Of a DNA stretch of 64,000 nt, positions 10,029 through 21,155 are shown in pieces. Each line of letters begins with the position of its first letter. Within the stretch, counting starts at the first letter, position 1. The position numbers and the translations under genes are program-made. This DNA is from Mobula hypostoma (Eukaryota), in NCBI RefSeq assembly GCF_963921235.1, contig NC_086097.1, positions 6,076,001 to 6,140,000 of the forward strand. The letters are read 5' to 3'. The notes under the pieces were generated by a model that saw only the letters and a program-made list of their open reading frames with translations, was not told where the DNA came from and did not search any database.

Positions 10029-12792
10029 GGTTCCGGGGTCGAGTATGGAGTGAGTCGGTGCGTGTGAGTGTGGCTCCCGATTTTTATTGAAAATCCACCT
10101 GTTTATCTTTGCCGTATGCTCGAGATAACTGGATACTTACCATTGTGAACAACGCGGGACATAGCTGGACATTGAAATGGCAAGTAGAATGTACCTTCGA
10201 AGTAAAGCTGGGGAAAAAGATAGCGAAGCCTCGAGCAAGAAGGCGGATGTTACAGTAATGGCGCCGTTGCACGCTGCTGGAGCTGGGCCCGGACCTGCCC
10301 TACCCGATGACTTGGGGAGGCTTCATTTAGTGCTTATTACTGACATGACGCAAGCGGTGCATTCTGCCCTAAAAAGAGAACTTGAAGATGCTTTATCACC
10401 AGTGACTGCTACCATGGAACAAATTACGTCTGCTTACGAGTCACAGGGCGAACGCATTCGTGAGGTTGAAGACGGCCTGAGTGATTACAGTGACCGGCTG
10501 GTGAGCGCCGAAGCCGCCATTGCAGCGTTGCAGAGCGAAAACGCAGTTCTGAAGGGAAAGCTAGATGACCTCGAAAATCGGTCGCGGAGATCCAATTTGA
10601 GAGTGGTCGGCATTCCTGAAAATTTGGAAGGTACGGACCCTGTTAAATTTATGACCGAGTTTTTTGACGAAGTGCTGGGGACAGATTTTTTCCCAAGTCC
10701 TCTCGTACTTTCGCCTGCTCACCGAGTCGGACATAAACCATCCGGTGTCTCTGGAGCCAAGCAAACGAGACCAAGAACGTTCCTGGTTTGCTTTCACTCC
10801 TTTCAAGATAAGCAACGCATCATCAACAGACGGAAGCAGGAGCTGTATTTCCGCGGACACCGCGTGTTTTTTTATGAAGATTTTAGTGCGGAGCTGGGTA
10901 AAAAACGAGCAGCTTTCAAGGAGGTGAAATCCCTGCTTTACGGGAAGGGGGTCAGGTTCGGCCTCTTGTATCCTGCCCAGCTCTGGGTCATGCATGAAGG
11001 TAAAAAGCATTATTTCCATACACCAGAGGCGGCCAAAGAGTTTTACCATTCGCGCTGGGGAGAAGAAGAACGAGAAGAGCAATGACTTTTTTTTTAGGTT
11101 ATTCCTGCAGCATTGAAGGGACCTCATGCCGAAGCAAACTGTTAATTTTCACAATCCACTTCTTTGTTCATTTTTTCCAGTTTAATTTGTGGAACGCGAT
11201 CGGGTCGAACTGCTATGCTGCCGAAACTGATTAACAAAAACTTTCAACCAGCAAAATGTAAATATTTGGGATTTATATCTCGGGTGTTTAAGTTGCCCAG
11301 TGTGTTTTTTTTTTGTTTTTAATGCTTAGCTTGACCTGTGTTATCTTTAGCCTATATGTTATATTAAAGGTAGTATAAGTGATAGGATAAATTTTAAGGA
11401 GGGGAGCCACCCTAGATTAGATTGAAAATTGGGTTGTATGGGGAACGCCTTGGAAGTTTTTTGTTGGGTACTGCCTGCGATCATCCTCAATTGGGGAGGT
11501 AGATCTAGGCTTCGGGGGTTAATTGGGTTTTTTTGTTTGTGTAAAGGGGTGAGGGGAGTGTTTTGGGGGATTACCATGGCAGTTTATTCTTTTGTGTGTT
11601 ACGGATTGATCAGACTTTCTTTTCATTGTGCGTTATTGTGTGCAACTTATACCCTCGCACTGTTTTGGATTGTAGGCCCTGTGTGTCTTTTGATATGGTT
11701 AACATGAGTGCAGCTGATGGAGGCCACCCTGTGAGGTTTATTTCTTGGAATGTAAAGGGGCTCAATGGTCCGGTTAAAAGAGCTAAAGTTTTCTCTCATC
11801 TGAAACAATTAAAAGCAGATATACTATTTCTACAAGAGACACATTTAAGAGTGGAGGACCATAATAGACTTCGTAAAGCATGGATTAGTCAGGATTTTCA
11901 TTCCAGATTTAATAGTAGGTCCAGGGGGGTGGCAATATTAATCACCAAAAGAATGCAGTTCACACCATCTGATGTAATCAGTGACCCTAATGGTCGCTTT
12001 ATTATAGTCTCTGGCTCTCTCTTTCAGATACCTGTTATTTTGGTAAATGTTTATGCTCCTAATTGGGATGATGTCCAATTTGCAAATAGGGTTTTGTCAT
12101 TAATACCTAACCTGAATACACATAAGCTAATCTTTTCCGGAGATTTGAACTGTGCTATTGACCCACTGCTTGATAGGTCTTGCCCTAGGGGAACATTTTC
12201 TGGTATGGCAAAGGCCTTCTCGATGTTTATGCAACAAAATGGTTATATGGATCCTTGGAGATTTTTGAATCCATCAGTTAGGCAATTCTCTTTCTTCTCT
12301 CATGTTCACCACTCCTATTCCAGGCTAGACTATTTCTTTATAGATAATTCCTTGATACCTATGATTAGACAAATTGAATACACTGCTATAGTTATATCTG
12401 ATCACTCGCCCGTGAAACTGGACCTATGTTTTCCTTTAAACGTTAGAGAACGGCCTCTGTGGAGACTTAACCCCCTTTTGCTTTCTAATGAGAAATTTTG
12501 TAGTTATATATCGGCTAACATTGACACATTCTTCGAGACTAACAAAACTGAGTCGGTATCGTACTCTTTACTTTGGGAAACTTTAAAAGCTTACTTGAGG
12601 GGTCAAATAATATCTTATACTTCACATGCCAATAAAGAGCATAGGAAGGAAATGCAAGTGTTATTGCAATCTATTTGGGACCTGGATAGAAAATACTCTG
12701 AGGCACCCACTGCGGAATTATATAAAAGCCGGGTTGATTTGCAAGCGAAGTTTAATCTTCTATCTACAAACCTATCAGAACAATTAATTCTT
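10029..12792 (+). mobile_element. L1-clade LINE, 5' intact and 3' truncated
   Basis: CpG-rich 5'UTR, ORF1, T-rich inter-ORF spacer, APE domain. Flanked by AAGTTATGATATTGT at 10014-10028 and 12793-12807. Confidence 0.92.
10177..11085 (+). CDS. L1 ORF1p (coiled coil, RRM, CTD), 302 aa, open
   Basis: KLDDLENRSRRSNLRVVGIPE, AHRVG, RPR, FYEDFSAE..KKRAAF, LLYPAQL. Confidence 0.9.
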   Translation: MASRMYLRSKAGEKDSEASSKKADVTVMAPLHAAGAGPGPALPDDLGRLHLVLITDMTQAVHSALKRELEDALSPVTATMEQITSAYESQGERIREVEDGLSDYSDRLVSAEAAIAALQSENAVLKGKLDDLENRSRRSNLRVVGIPENLEGTDPVKFMTEFFDEVLGTDFFPSPLVLSPAHRVGHKPSGVSGAKQTRPRTFLVCFHSFQDKQRIINRRKQELYFRGHRVFFYEDFSAELGKKRAAFKEVKSLLYGKGVRFGLLYPAQLWVMHEGKKHYFHTPEAAKEFYHSRWGEEEREEQ

Positions 12793-12801
12793 AAGTTATG
12801 A
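11695..12801 (+). CDS. L1 ORF2 truncated after the APE endonuclease and linker; no RT
   Basis: ISWNVKGLN, LQETHL, NVYAPN, GDLN, SRLDY, SDH, WRLN, WETLKAYLRG. First in-frame ATG is at 11695; the stop TGA lies inside the right duplication. Confidence 0.88.
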   Translation: MVNMSAADGGHPVRFISWNVKGLNGPVKRAKVFSHLKQLKADILFLQETHLRVEDHNRLRKAWISQDFHSRFNSRSRGVAILITKRMQFTPSDVISDPNGRFIIVSGSLFQIPVILVNVYAPNWDDVQFANRVLSLIPNLNTHKLIFSGDLNCAIDPLLDRSCPRGTFSGMAKAFSMFMQQNGYMDPWRFLNPSVRQFSFFSHVHHSYSRLDYFFIDNSLIPMIRQIEYTAIVISDHSPVKLDLCFPLNVRERPLWRLNPLLLSNEKFCSYISANIDTFFETNKTESVSYSLLWETLKAYLRGQIISYTSHANKEHRKEMQVLLQSIWDLDRKYSEAPTAELYKSRVDLQAKFNLLSTNLSEQLILKL

Positions 12802-14609
12802 TATTGTTGCATTGTTGTAACTATATGTTATAATTATGTGGTTTTGTTAGTTTTTCAGTCTTGGTCTGCCCTGTGTTTCTGTGATATCACACTGGAGGAA
12901 TCTTGTATCATTTCTTAATGTCTGCATTACTAAATGACAATAAAAGAGGACTGTGTGTCCTCATAAGCTAATCTATTCTATTTTGAAGAAATAACAAGCA
13001 GGATAGACAAAGGAGAATTGGTTGATGTTGTGCACTTGGATTTTCAGAAGGCCTTTAACAAGGTGTCATACATGAGGCTGCTTATCAAGCTATGAGCCCA
13101 CGGTATTACAAGAAAAATACTATCATGGATAAAGCAGTGGTTGATTGACAGGAGGCAAAGAGTGGGAATAAAGGGAACCTTTTCTAGTAGGCTGCTGGTG
13201 ACTACTGATTTGTGTTGTGATAGATTCTTTTTATGTTTTATGTCAATGTTTTGGATGATGCTTTGTTGCAGATTTTGTAGACAATATGCAGATAGGTAGA
13301 TTTGAGGAAGTCAAGAGGCTACAGAAGGACATAGAGTAATTATGAGAATGGGCAAAGAAATGGCAGATGGAATACAGTGTCAGGAAGTGTATGATCATGC
13401 ACTTTGACAGAAGAAATGAAAAGTTGACTATTTTCTTAATGGAGAAAAATTACAAAACAAAACTGAGACACAAAATGATCCAGGAGTCTTTGTGCAGGAT
13501 TTTCTGAAAGTTAATTTGCAGGTTGAGTCTGTGCTAAAGAAGGCAAATACAATGTTAGCATTAATTTCAAGAGGACTAGAATATAAGAGCAAGGATGTAA
13601 TGTTTAGACTTTATAAAACACTGGTGAGGCTTCACTCGGAGTATTGGGAGCGGTTTTGGGCCCCTTATCTTAGAAAGGATGTGCTGAAACTGGACAGAGT
13701 TGAAATGAGGATGATGAAAATGATTCCAGAATTGAATGGCTTGTCATATGAAATGTGTCTGATGGCTCTGGGGCTGTATTCTCCAGAAGTCAGAAAAATA
13801 AGTGTTGACCTCATTGAAGCCTATAGAATGGTGAAAGGCCTTAACAGAGTGGATGTGGAGGGACGTTTCCTATAGTGGGGGAGTCGAAGACTAGAGGACA
13901 CAATCTCCAATAGATGGGGCTTCCTTTTGGAATGGAGATGAGGAGGAATTTCTTGAGGTAGAGTGTGTTGAATCTGTGGAATTCTTTGCCACAGGCAGCT
14001 GTGGAGGATACATTTGGTTGCACAGTTAGATGACAATAAACTGGAACTTGAAAGGCTCCAAATAAATCTGAATGTTGACAGCTAAGCATCTGATACTGGT
14101 ATTATTTTATTATTGCCACATGTACCAAGATGCAGTGGAAAATTTAGTTTTACCAGCCATGCATACATTTCAAAACACAGCAACCTGGGGTAGAACAGGA
14201 GAAAAACAATAACAGAATGTGTAACGAAGTGTTACTGATGTTAACAGGGAAAATGTGGTACAGGAGGAAAATAAGATGCAGGGGCCAAGACAAAGCAGAC
14301 TGTGATATCAACAGTTTATCTGTTACATACATGAATTCCTTTGAATAGTTTTATAACAGGAGCAAGGTAGCTACCCTTCAGCTTGGTTGTGTATGTTGTC
14401 GATTATTTGTAACTTCAAACTAATGGAAGGGAGCAGAACAACAAATATCAGTGGTGGGAAATGTCTTTGACTATCCCAAATGCTTTTCCAAAGAGGTTCA
14501 AAGTACATTTATTATCAAAGTATTTATACTTTACACAACCTTGAGATTTGTCTCATTACAGGAAACCACAAAACACAGAAACCCAATAGAACACACTAAA
14601 ACAAAATAT

Positions 14610-15585
14610 GACCATAAGAGATAGGAGCAGAATTAGGCCATTCAGCCCATCAAGTCTGCTCCACCATTCCAAAATGTCTGATCCTGGATCCCTCTCAACC
14701 CCACCCACCTGCCTGTTCGCTATATCCTTTGGTGGCCTGACCAATCAGAAAATGATCAAATTCTAGCATACCCACAGACTTGGACTCCACTGCAGTGTCC
14801 AATCCACCTGGGCAAGCTCCTCTTTCATGCCTCTGTAATTCCTTTTATTCCATTGCAATGCTGATACATGTGAGTTATGCTACTTTCTCTCAAATTGCTG
14901 AATGAATTCAATCATATTGCCTCCAAAGGGTTCCTTTACGTCAAGCTCCCTAGTAAGATCTGGGTTATGACACAACACCCAGTCTAAACTAATCTTTTCC
15001 AGAGTAGGCTCGAGCACAAGCTGCTCTAAAAAGCCATCTCATAGGCATTCAACAAATTCCCTCTCTTGCAATCCGACACCAATCCTGTTACAATTGTGTC
15101 AAGAACCATATTACATTCCTTTTTCAGTTCCCTTTGCAATCTCAACCCAACATGTTAGCTACTATTTGGAGGCCTATATATGATTCCCATAATAGATTTT
15201 TTACCCTTGCAGATTCTTAACTCCACCCAAAAAGATTCAACATTCTCTGACTCTAAGTCACCTCTTTCTAAAGATGTAATCCTATCTCTTACCAACAAAA
15301 CCACACCATTGCCTATGCCATCCTGCCTGTCCTTTTGATACAAAGTGTATCCTTTTATGTTAAACTCCCAACAATGGCCTTCTTTCAGCCACCACTCAGA
15401 GGTGCCCACAACATCATACTGACTCATCTCTAATTGTGCCAAAAGTTCGTCCACTTTATTCTGAAAGCTACGTGCACTTAAATACAGTACCTTCAGTCCT
15501 TCACCCTTTTGAATTTTGTCTCTTTAGTACAATTTAACTCTGCACTGTCTGCATTTGTACCCAATCATTTGTTTGTCCTTCCTTA
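14610..15585 (-). repeat. CR1 pieces: short 3' end followed by an APE fragment
   Basis: MDELLAQLEMSQYDVVGTSEWWL..ESFWVEL..GIIYRPPNS (15155-15454). Confidence 0.8.
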
Positions 15586-16345
15586 CATAAGAACATAAGA
15601 ATTAGGAGCAGGAGTAGGCCTTCTGGCCCATCAAGCCTGCTCCACCATTCAATAAGATCAAGGCTGATCTGGCCATGGACTCATCTCCACCTAGCTGCCT
15701 TTTCCCCATAACCTTTAATTCCTCTACTATGCAAAATCTATCCAGCCTTGTCTTAATTACATTTACTGTTGTAGCCTCCACTGCTTCATTGGGCAAAGAA
15801 TTCCACAGACTCTCCACTCTCTGGGAAAAGCAATTCCCCCTCTTCTCCGTCCTAAATCTACTCTCACGAATCTTGAGGCTATGTCCGTTAGTTGTAGTCT
15901 CATCTTCCATTGGAAATAACTTTCCAGCCTCTATCTTACCTATCCCTTTCACAACTTTATTTGTTTTGATAAGATATCCCCTTATCTTTCTGAATTTCAG
16001 TGAGTACAGTCCCAGGCGACTCAATCTCTCCTCGTAGGTTAACCCCTTCATCTCTGGAATCAACCTGGTGAACCTCCTCTGCACTACATCCAAAGCCAGT
16101 ATATCAGTCCTCAAGTAACGAGACCGGAACTGCTTGCAGTACTCCATGTGCGGCCTCACCAGTATCCTGTATATTTGCAGCATAACCTCCCTACTCTTAA
16201 ATTCAATCCCTCTAGCAATGAAGGCCAACATTCCATCTGCCATCTTGATAACCTGCTGCACCTGCAAACCAACATTTTGTGATTCATGCACAAGAACGCC
16301 CAAGTTCCCCTGCACAACAGCATGCTGCAATTTTTTACTATTTAA
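15586..16345 (-). repeat. Relatively young CR1 3' end
   Basis: 242-aa open frame (LVRPHMEYC..QRRFTRLIP..YEERLSRLGL); (tcttatgt) tail. Confidence 0.9.
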
Positions 16346-16587
16346 GTATTAATCTGATGACCTCGCATTCACCAACATTGTACTCCATCTGCCAGGCCCT
16401 TGCCCATACACTTAACCTATCTACATCTCTCTGCAGACTCTCCGTATCATCCGCACAATTTGCTTTTCCATTCAATTTAGTATCATCAGCAAACTTAGAT
16501 AAACTATGCTTGGTCTCCTCTTCCAGATCATTAATATATATCGTGAACAGGTACGGGTCCAGCACTGACCCCCTACGGCACACCATT

Positions 16588-16820
16588 TGAAGCGCACCTT
16601 CAATAACTACAAAAGACTGAAGTTGGGTAAAATACTGAAAGGCTTTTATTCGCTGTGCAACAATCTGACCTCCATGGTGAGTGTCTGCCCCTGGACTGAG
16701 GGGGAGGGGCAAGGCGAAACACCTTTATACAGGATTGTGTGGGAGGAGCCACAGGGGCAGTCAGCAGAGGGGCGTGTCCAGACAGTTAACACAGTTACAA
16801 CATATATATGGTTTACCATA
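16588..16820 (-). mobile_element. Solo LTR, 233 bp, probably Ty3/Gypsy
   Basis: 5-bp duplication CCATT at 16583-16587 and 16821-16825. Minus strand runs TA(TG-derived)...CA, with TATAAA followed by AATAAA. Confidence 0.8.
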
Positions 16821-17175
16821 CCATTCACCACTGATTACCAACCAGAGAAACACCCATGTATCCTAATGCTCTGCTTTCTATTAGTTAACCAATCCTCTAT
16901 CCATATTAATACACCACACCCAACTCTATGTATCCTTATCTAATGGATAAGTCTTTTATATGACACCTTCTCAAATACCTTCTGGAAATCCATGTAAGTA
17001 ATGTCCATCTGTTCTTCTCTATCCACTGCACTCATTATATCCTCAAAAGAACTCTAAGTTTGTGAAACAGGACTTGCCTTTGCTGAATCAATGCTGCATC
17101 TGCCTGATGGATCCATTTCTTTCCAGATGCCTCTCTAGTTCTTCTTTAATGATAGCTTCAAGCATTTTCCCAACT

Positions 17176-20100
17176 GTCCGTCTGTCTAGGTATCATATCC
17201 GATGCGGACTTTGGTGACCATGGTTTTCCATATAGATCTATCCTTCATTTTTTGGATGACTTCTATTTCCTCAATGTGTAGCAACCTGGCTATACTTTTG
17301 ATGTACATAAGCCGAGGTCTTCCTCTAGGTTTGCTCCCCTCAATCTTTCCACAGAGGATAAGTTTTTCTAGTTCATCTTTCCACATGATGTGTCCTAGGA
17401 ATCTGAGTTGACTTTCTCTTGTTGTTGGTATGAGAGATGGAACTGCTTGGGCTCTTCTGAGAACTTCTTCATTTGATGTGTGTGTGTGGTCCATGATAAT
17501 TTTAACATTCTCCTGTAGAACCATAATTCAGCTGCTTCTAGTCTCTTTTCCATTGCTGGAGAAATGGTCCAGCATTCACTTCCATAAGTCAGGATAGAAT
17601 AAATGTAGCACTGCTGTATTCTGTTTTTAGTGTACGTGCTCATCTTTCTTTCTGTTAAAATGGTCTTCATTTTTTGGAAAGCTTCTTTCGCCGTTGCTAT
17701 TCTGTATTTGATATCTATGTCGCACCTGCCATTACTTGTTATTAGGCTGCCAAGATATTTAAATTTGTTGACTTGTTTGATGTTTGTAGTTCCGATCTTG
17801 ATCACACGTTGTGGGATGTTTGTCTTTCTGGAGATGACCATGCTTTTTGTCTTCTTGGTGTTGATTGAGAGGCCTCTGTGATTACTTTCTGCTGCCACTA
17901 TAGTGAGTAGTCCTTGAAGTTTTATTTCTGAGTCAGCTATTAGTACGATGTCATCAGCATATCTGATGTTAGTTACATTATGGCCTCCAATTGTGAATCC
18001 TTTGATGTCTTTGATACTTCTCAAGATATTTTCACTATACAGGTTGAATAAGCCTAGTGAAAAGACACAACCTTGCCTGACTCCTCTCATGATATTCACA
18101 TACTCATTCACTTCTCCTTCTGTTCTGATCGATGCTGTCTGGTCCCAGTATAAATTTCTTAAGAAACGTATATCTTTCCCACCTATGTCAAGATCTTGAA
18201 GCATTTCCAGAAGATCTTGCTGTCTGACAGTGTCAAAAGCTTTTGTATAGTCAATGAAACATAGGTAGATGTCTTTTTGTACCTGGATAGCTCATTCACT
18301 GATCATCCGTAGCACGAAAATTGCATTTCTGGTTCCAGTGTTTTCCACAAAGCCGAATTGTTCCTTACTGATTTCTGGTTTTATACAGCGTCTTGCTCTC
18401 ATCATGATTACTCTGAGAATAATTTTTGCTACGTGGCTCATCAGGCTTATTGTACGATGTAACTCACATTCTGTTGCTCCCTCTTTCTTTGGAAGTGTGA
18501 TGAACACTGATTTACTTAAATCATCAGGTATCTCCCCATGATCATAGATTTCATTTGCTATTTCTGTTATTTTCTCTATTCCAAAATCTTCTAAGGCCAG
18601 TATCATTTCAACAGCGATGTTGTCTGGACCAGTTGCTCTGTTATGTTTTGTTTTATTTATGGCTGCTTGAATTTCTGATTTTAGAATGCTAGGTCCTTCA
18701 AGATTCTTCTTTATGTTCGGTTTTTCTCCTCTTTGGTCTTCAAAAAGTTCTTTTATATATTCTGTCCATCTGTTTAGGATTTCCTCTTTGTTCATAATTA
18801 AGCTGCCATGTTTTGCCTTGATGCAAGGTAATTTCCCCATTAGTTCTTTAATCTTATTGTGCATCAACTTTGTTCCAGGGTTATGGGTTTGTAGCATTTC
18901 TGTCTCTGAGCATTTCTCATTTAGCCATCTGTCTTTAACTTCTGTGCATTTTCTTTTTATTGTCTTATCAGGTTGTTTGTATTCTTTGCTGTCTCTTAGT
19001 TTGATGGTCTGCTTTTGTTGCATCAATTGTATTATATCTTCAGTTATCCATTTCTTTTTACTTTTCCGTTCTTTTCGTGGGATGGTTTCTTTTGCAGCTA
19101 CAACCATGGATTCCTTCAGTATGTCCCAGGAAAATTTGCGTCCTTCATCCTGCAGCAATTGAAAATGGTTTTTCACCTTGATTGCGTATTCTGCTTTCAG
19201 ATGAGCGTTGTTTTGTAGTTGTTGATAATCTAGTGGTTCTGATCTTTTTGGTTTCTTTAATTTTCTCATCTTTATTTTCATTTTGCAAATGACTGGTGTG
19301 TGATCGCTTCCACAGTCTGCTCCAGGGTAGCTTTTAGATTGAGTTATCGAGTTTTTGAATCTGTTATTGATTGTTATGTAGTTGATATGGTTTTTGTTGT
19401 TCCCATCTGGGCTTCTCCATGTCCATTTCCTTCTTGGATGTCATTTAAACCAAGTGTTGGTGATTATCTGATAGTTTGTTTTACACCATGATGTAGGCTT
19501 TTCTCCTCTTTCATTTCTTTCTCCCAGTCCCTGGTCTCCAACAATATGGTCTTCTCATCCCTCACCAACTTTTGCATTGAAGTCACCCATGACTATGATG
19601 GCTTCTTGTGATTTGCATTCTTCTAGTGCTTATCTAGGGAGTGGTAGAGGCATCAATTTCTTCCTCTGAGCTTTCCATTGTGGGTGCGTATACTTGGATG
19701 ATAGAGATGTTTTGTTGTCCTTTTAGTTTGATTAGCATCATTCTGTCTGAGATACGCCAGTATCCTAGCAGACTCTTGGATGTTTTTTTGTCTAAGATGA
19801 TTGCAACACCCTTTTCATGTTTCTCTCCACCAGAGTATCTCATCCTGTAGTCGTCTGATTGGAATACTCCAGTGACTTTCCATCTTATTTCACTTAGGCC
19901 TAGGATGCTGACTTCTAGCCTCTTCATTTCTAATTTTACGTTTTCTAGCTTACCAGCTTGGTGCAGGGTTCGAATGTTCCAAATGGCAATTCGCAGTCTC
20001 TTGTTCTTGCAGACAGTAGTGGTATGATTAACCATGGTTGTACTAGGGATAAAATACAAGAAGTAGCTTCCCCTTGCTTGCTTCCGATGCAGTGTCTTTA

Positions 20101-20370
20101 CAAGACGGGTGACCCTGAACATTGTCCTATTAAAAGGATCTACTGCTCAGCGTCTGAGAAGCAGGAACCATTGACTGTGTTACTCACAACTTGCCTTCTG
20201 CTTCATCCACCACCTGCATTCCGTGGCTTCACTGTAACCCAAGTAGGGAGGCTAACAGGTGCTACATCTTGCCTAATGTGACCTGGAGGTAGCTGTGGTT
20301 AATGGTATCCTCATTATCCAAAACAAATGCTCCACAGCCCGATGTAGTTTATCTTCATATCCAGGAGAGA
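17176..20370 (-). mobile_element. Near full-length RTE-clade LINE with a disrupted APE-RT ORF (~20035 to 17186)
   Basis: IAIWNIRTL..LGLSEIRW..IIQVYAPT (APE); RTISLMSH..EQFGF, GVRQGC, IRYADDIVL (RT); RGRPR C-terminus; GACAGACGGAC tail directly after the stop; no ORF1. Confidence 0.92.
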
Positions 20371-21155
20371 TTTTTTTTAAGTTTGTTTAAGTTTATTTCA
20401 ATAAACTAACAGAAAATTGTGTAGATTGAATACTGAAGCCAAATGGAAGTAACTCTTCAACAAACACAACCCAGCTCCCTTTCATTCCTTTATATTTAAA
20501 GTAACCAATATCTGCTTCATAATAAACAGAAGGAAAGTCACACAAATAAACATTTCCCAAAGTAAAAAGGATGAAATTCTTGTGTTTTATTCTTGATGTG
20601 TAATTCAACCTGGCTTTGTAGGTTTTATCCAGTTGCTATCCTTGTCTCAGACTCAAAGTTTAAGAACGTCAATACTTTCTACTTCTATATCTCTAAAAAC
20701 TATAACAGAGTCAATCTTCCATTCAGAGATACCTGGAAAGTGTTGTTCCACACCATAAACACTAGCTTAAATAGTGAACCTCTGGAAGCAATCTTTTCAT
20801 ACTTCTCACCCTGAAATCCCCCGCCATCAGGTCAGCGAGAATTAAAGATAATTTTTTTCAAGTTCCTCTTTAGAACAGGGATTGAAATGGAATAAAATGT
20901 CAGCATTAGGATGGTCGCCCCTCTGAAAATTAACATCGAATCTCAGCGGGTCATCAGTCAACTTTCCTTTAACAACAACTATTGATTCTTCACTTAATTC
21001 TTCATCAAATTTTGCGTACAGGAATAATCGGGCGGTAGAGCTTGAGGATGTTCATTGTGCGGGAGGTCGAGGCGGCTCAGACACGACGGGAACGGACGGA
21101 CGAACACGACCGGTTAACGGACGCTGCCCTGCCCACACAACCGTTCGCCTTGGAT
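20371..21155 (-). pseudogene. Processed single-CRD galectin-like pseudogene (CDS remnant 21055 to 20653); absent from the ORF track
   Basis: Manual translation across frameshifts: MNILKLYRPIIP/LYAKFDEELSEESIVVVKGKLTDDPLRFDVNFQRGDHPNADILFHFNPCSKEELE/KIIFNSR*PDGGGFQGEKYEKIASRGSLFKLVFMVWNNTFQVSLNG/KIDSVIVFRDIEVESIDVLKL*. CpG-rich ~100-nt leader; AATAAA at 20397-20392 then A8 at 20378-20371; no introns. Confidence 0.85.

Larger units (their letters stand above)
9585..12970 (+). mobile_element. ~600-bp non-autonomous element (9585-10028 and 12793-12970) hosting the L1
   Basis: Starts gcgagagaagatggc and ends aaatgacaataaaagaggactg..cataa. An uninterrupted homologue lies at ~43510-44047. Confidence 0.85.
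8237..14010 (+). mobile_element. Decayed CR1 ORF2 (APE-RT) split by the nested insertion 9585-12970
   Basis: APE end LGTSDHNMIEF (8531-8857) and LNKYFASVFT..KSPG (8963-9301). RT breaks at CLTNLL (~9583) and resumes at FEEITSRIDKG (~12982). Confidence 0.85.

Noticed and set aside
10177..11085. Domesticated L1TD1-like gene
   Set aside because: Followed by L1 ORF2 and bounded by a target duplication inside other repeats; an ordinary L1 ORF1 explains it.
11563..11694. N-terminal extension of the 412-aa ORF
   Set aside because: Begins at a non-ATG codon in the inter-ORF spacer; the APE starts after ATG 11695/11704.
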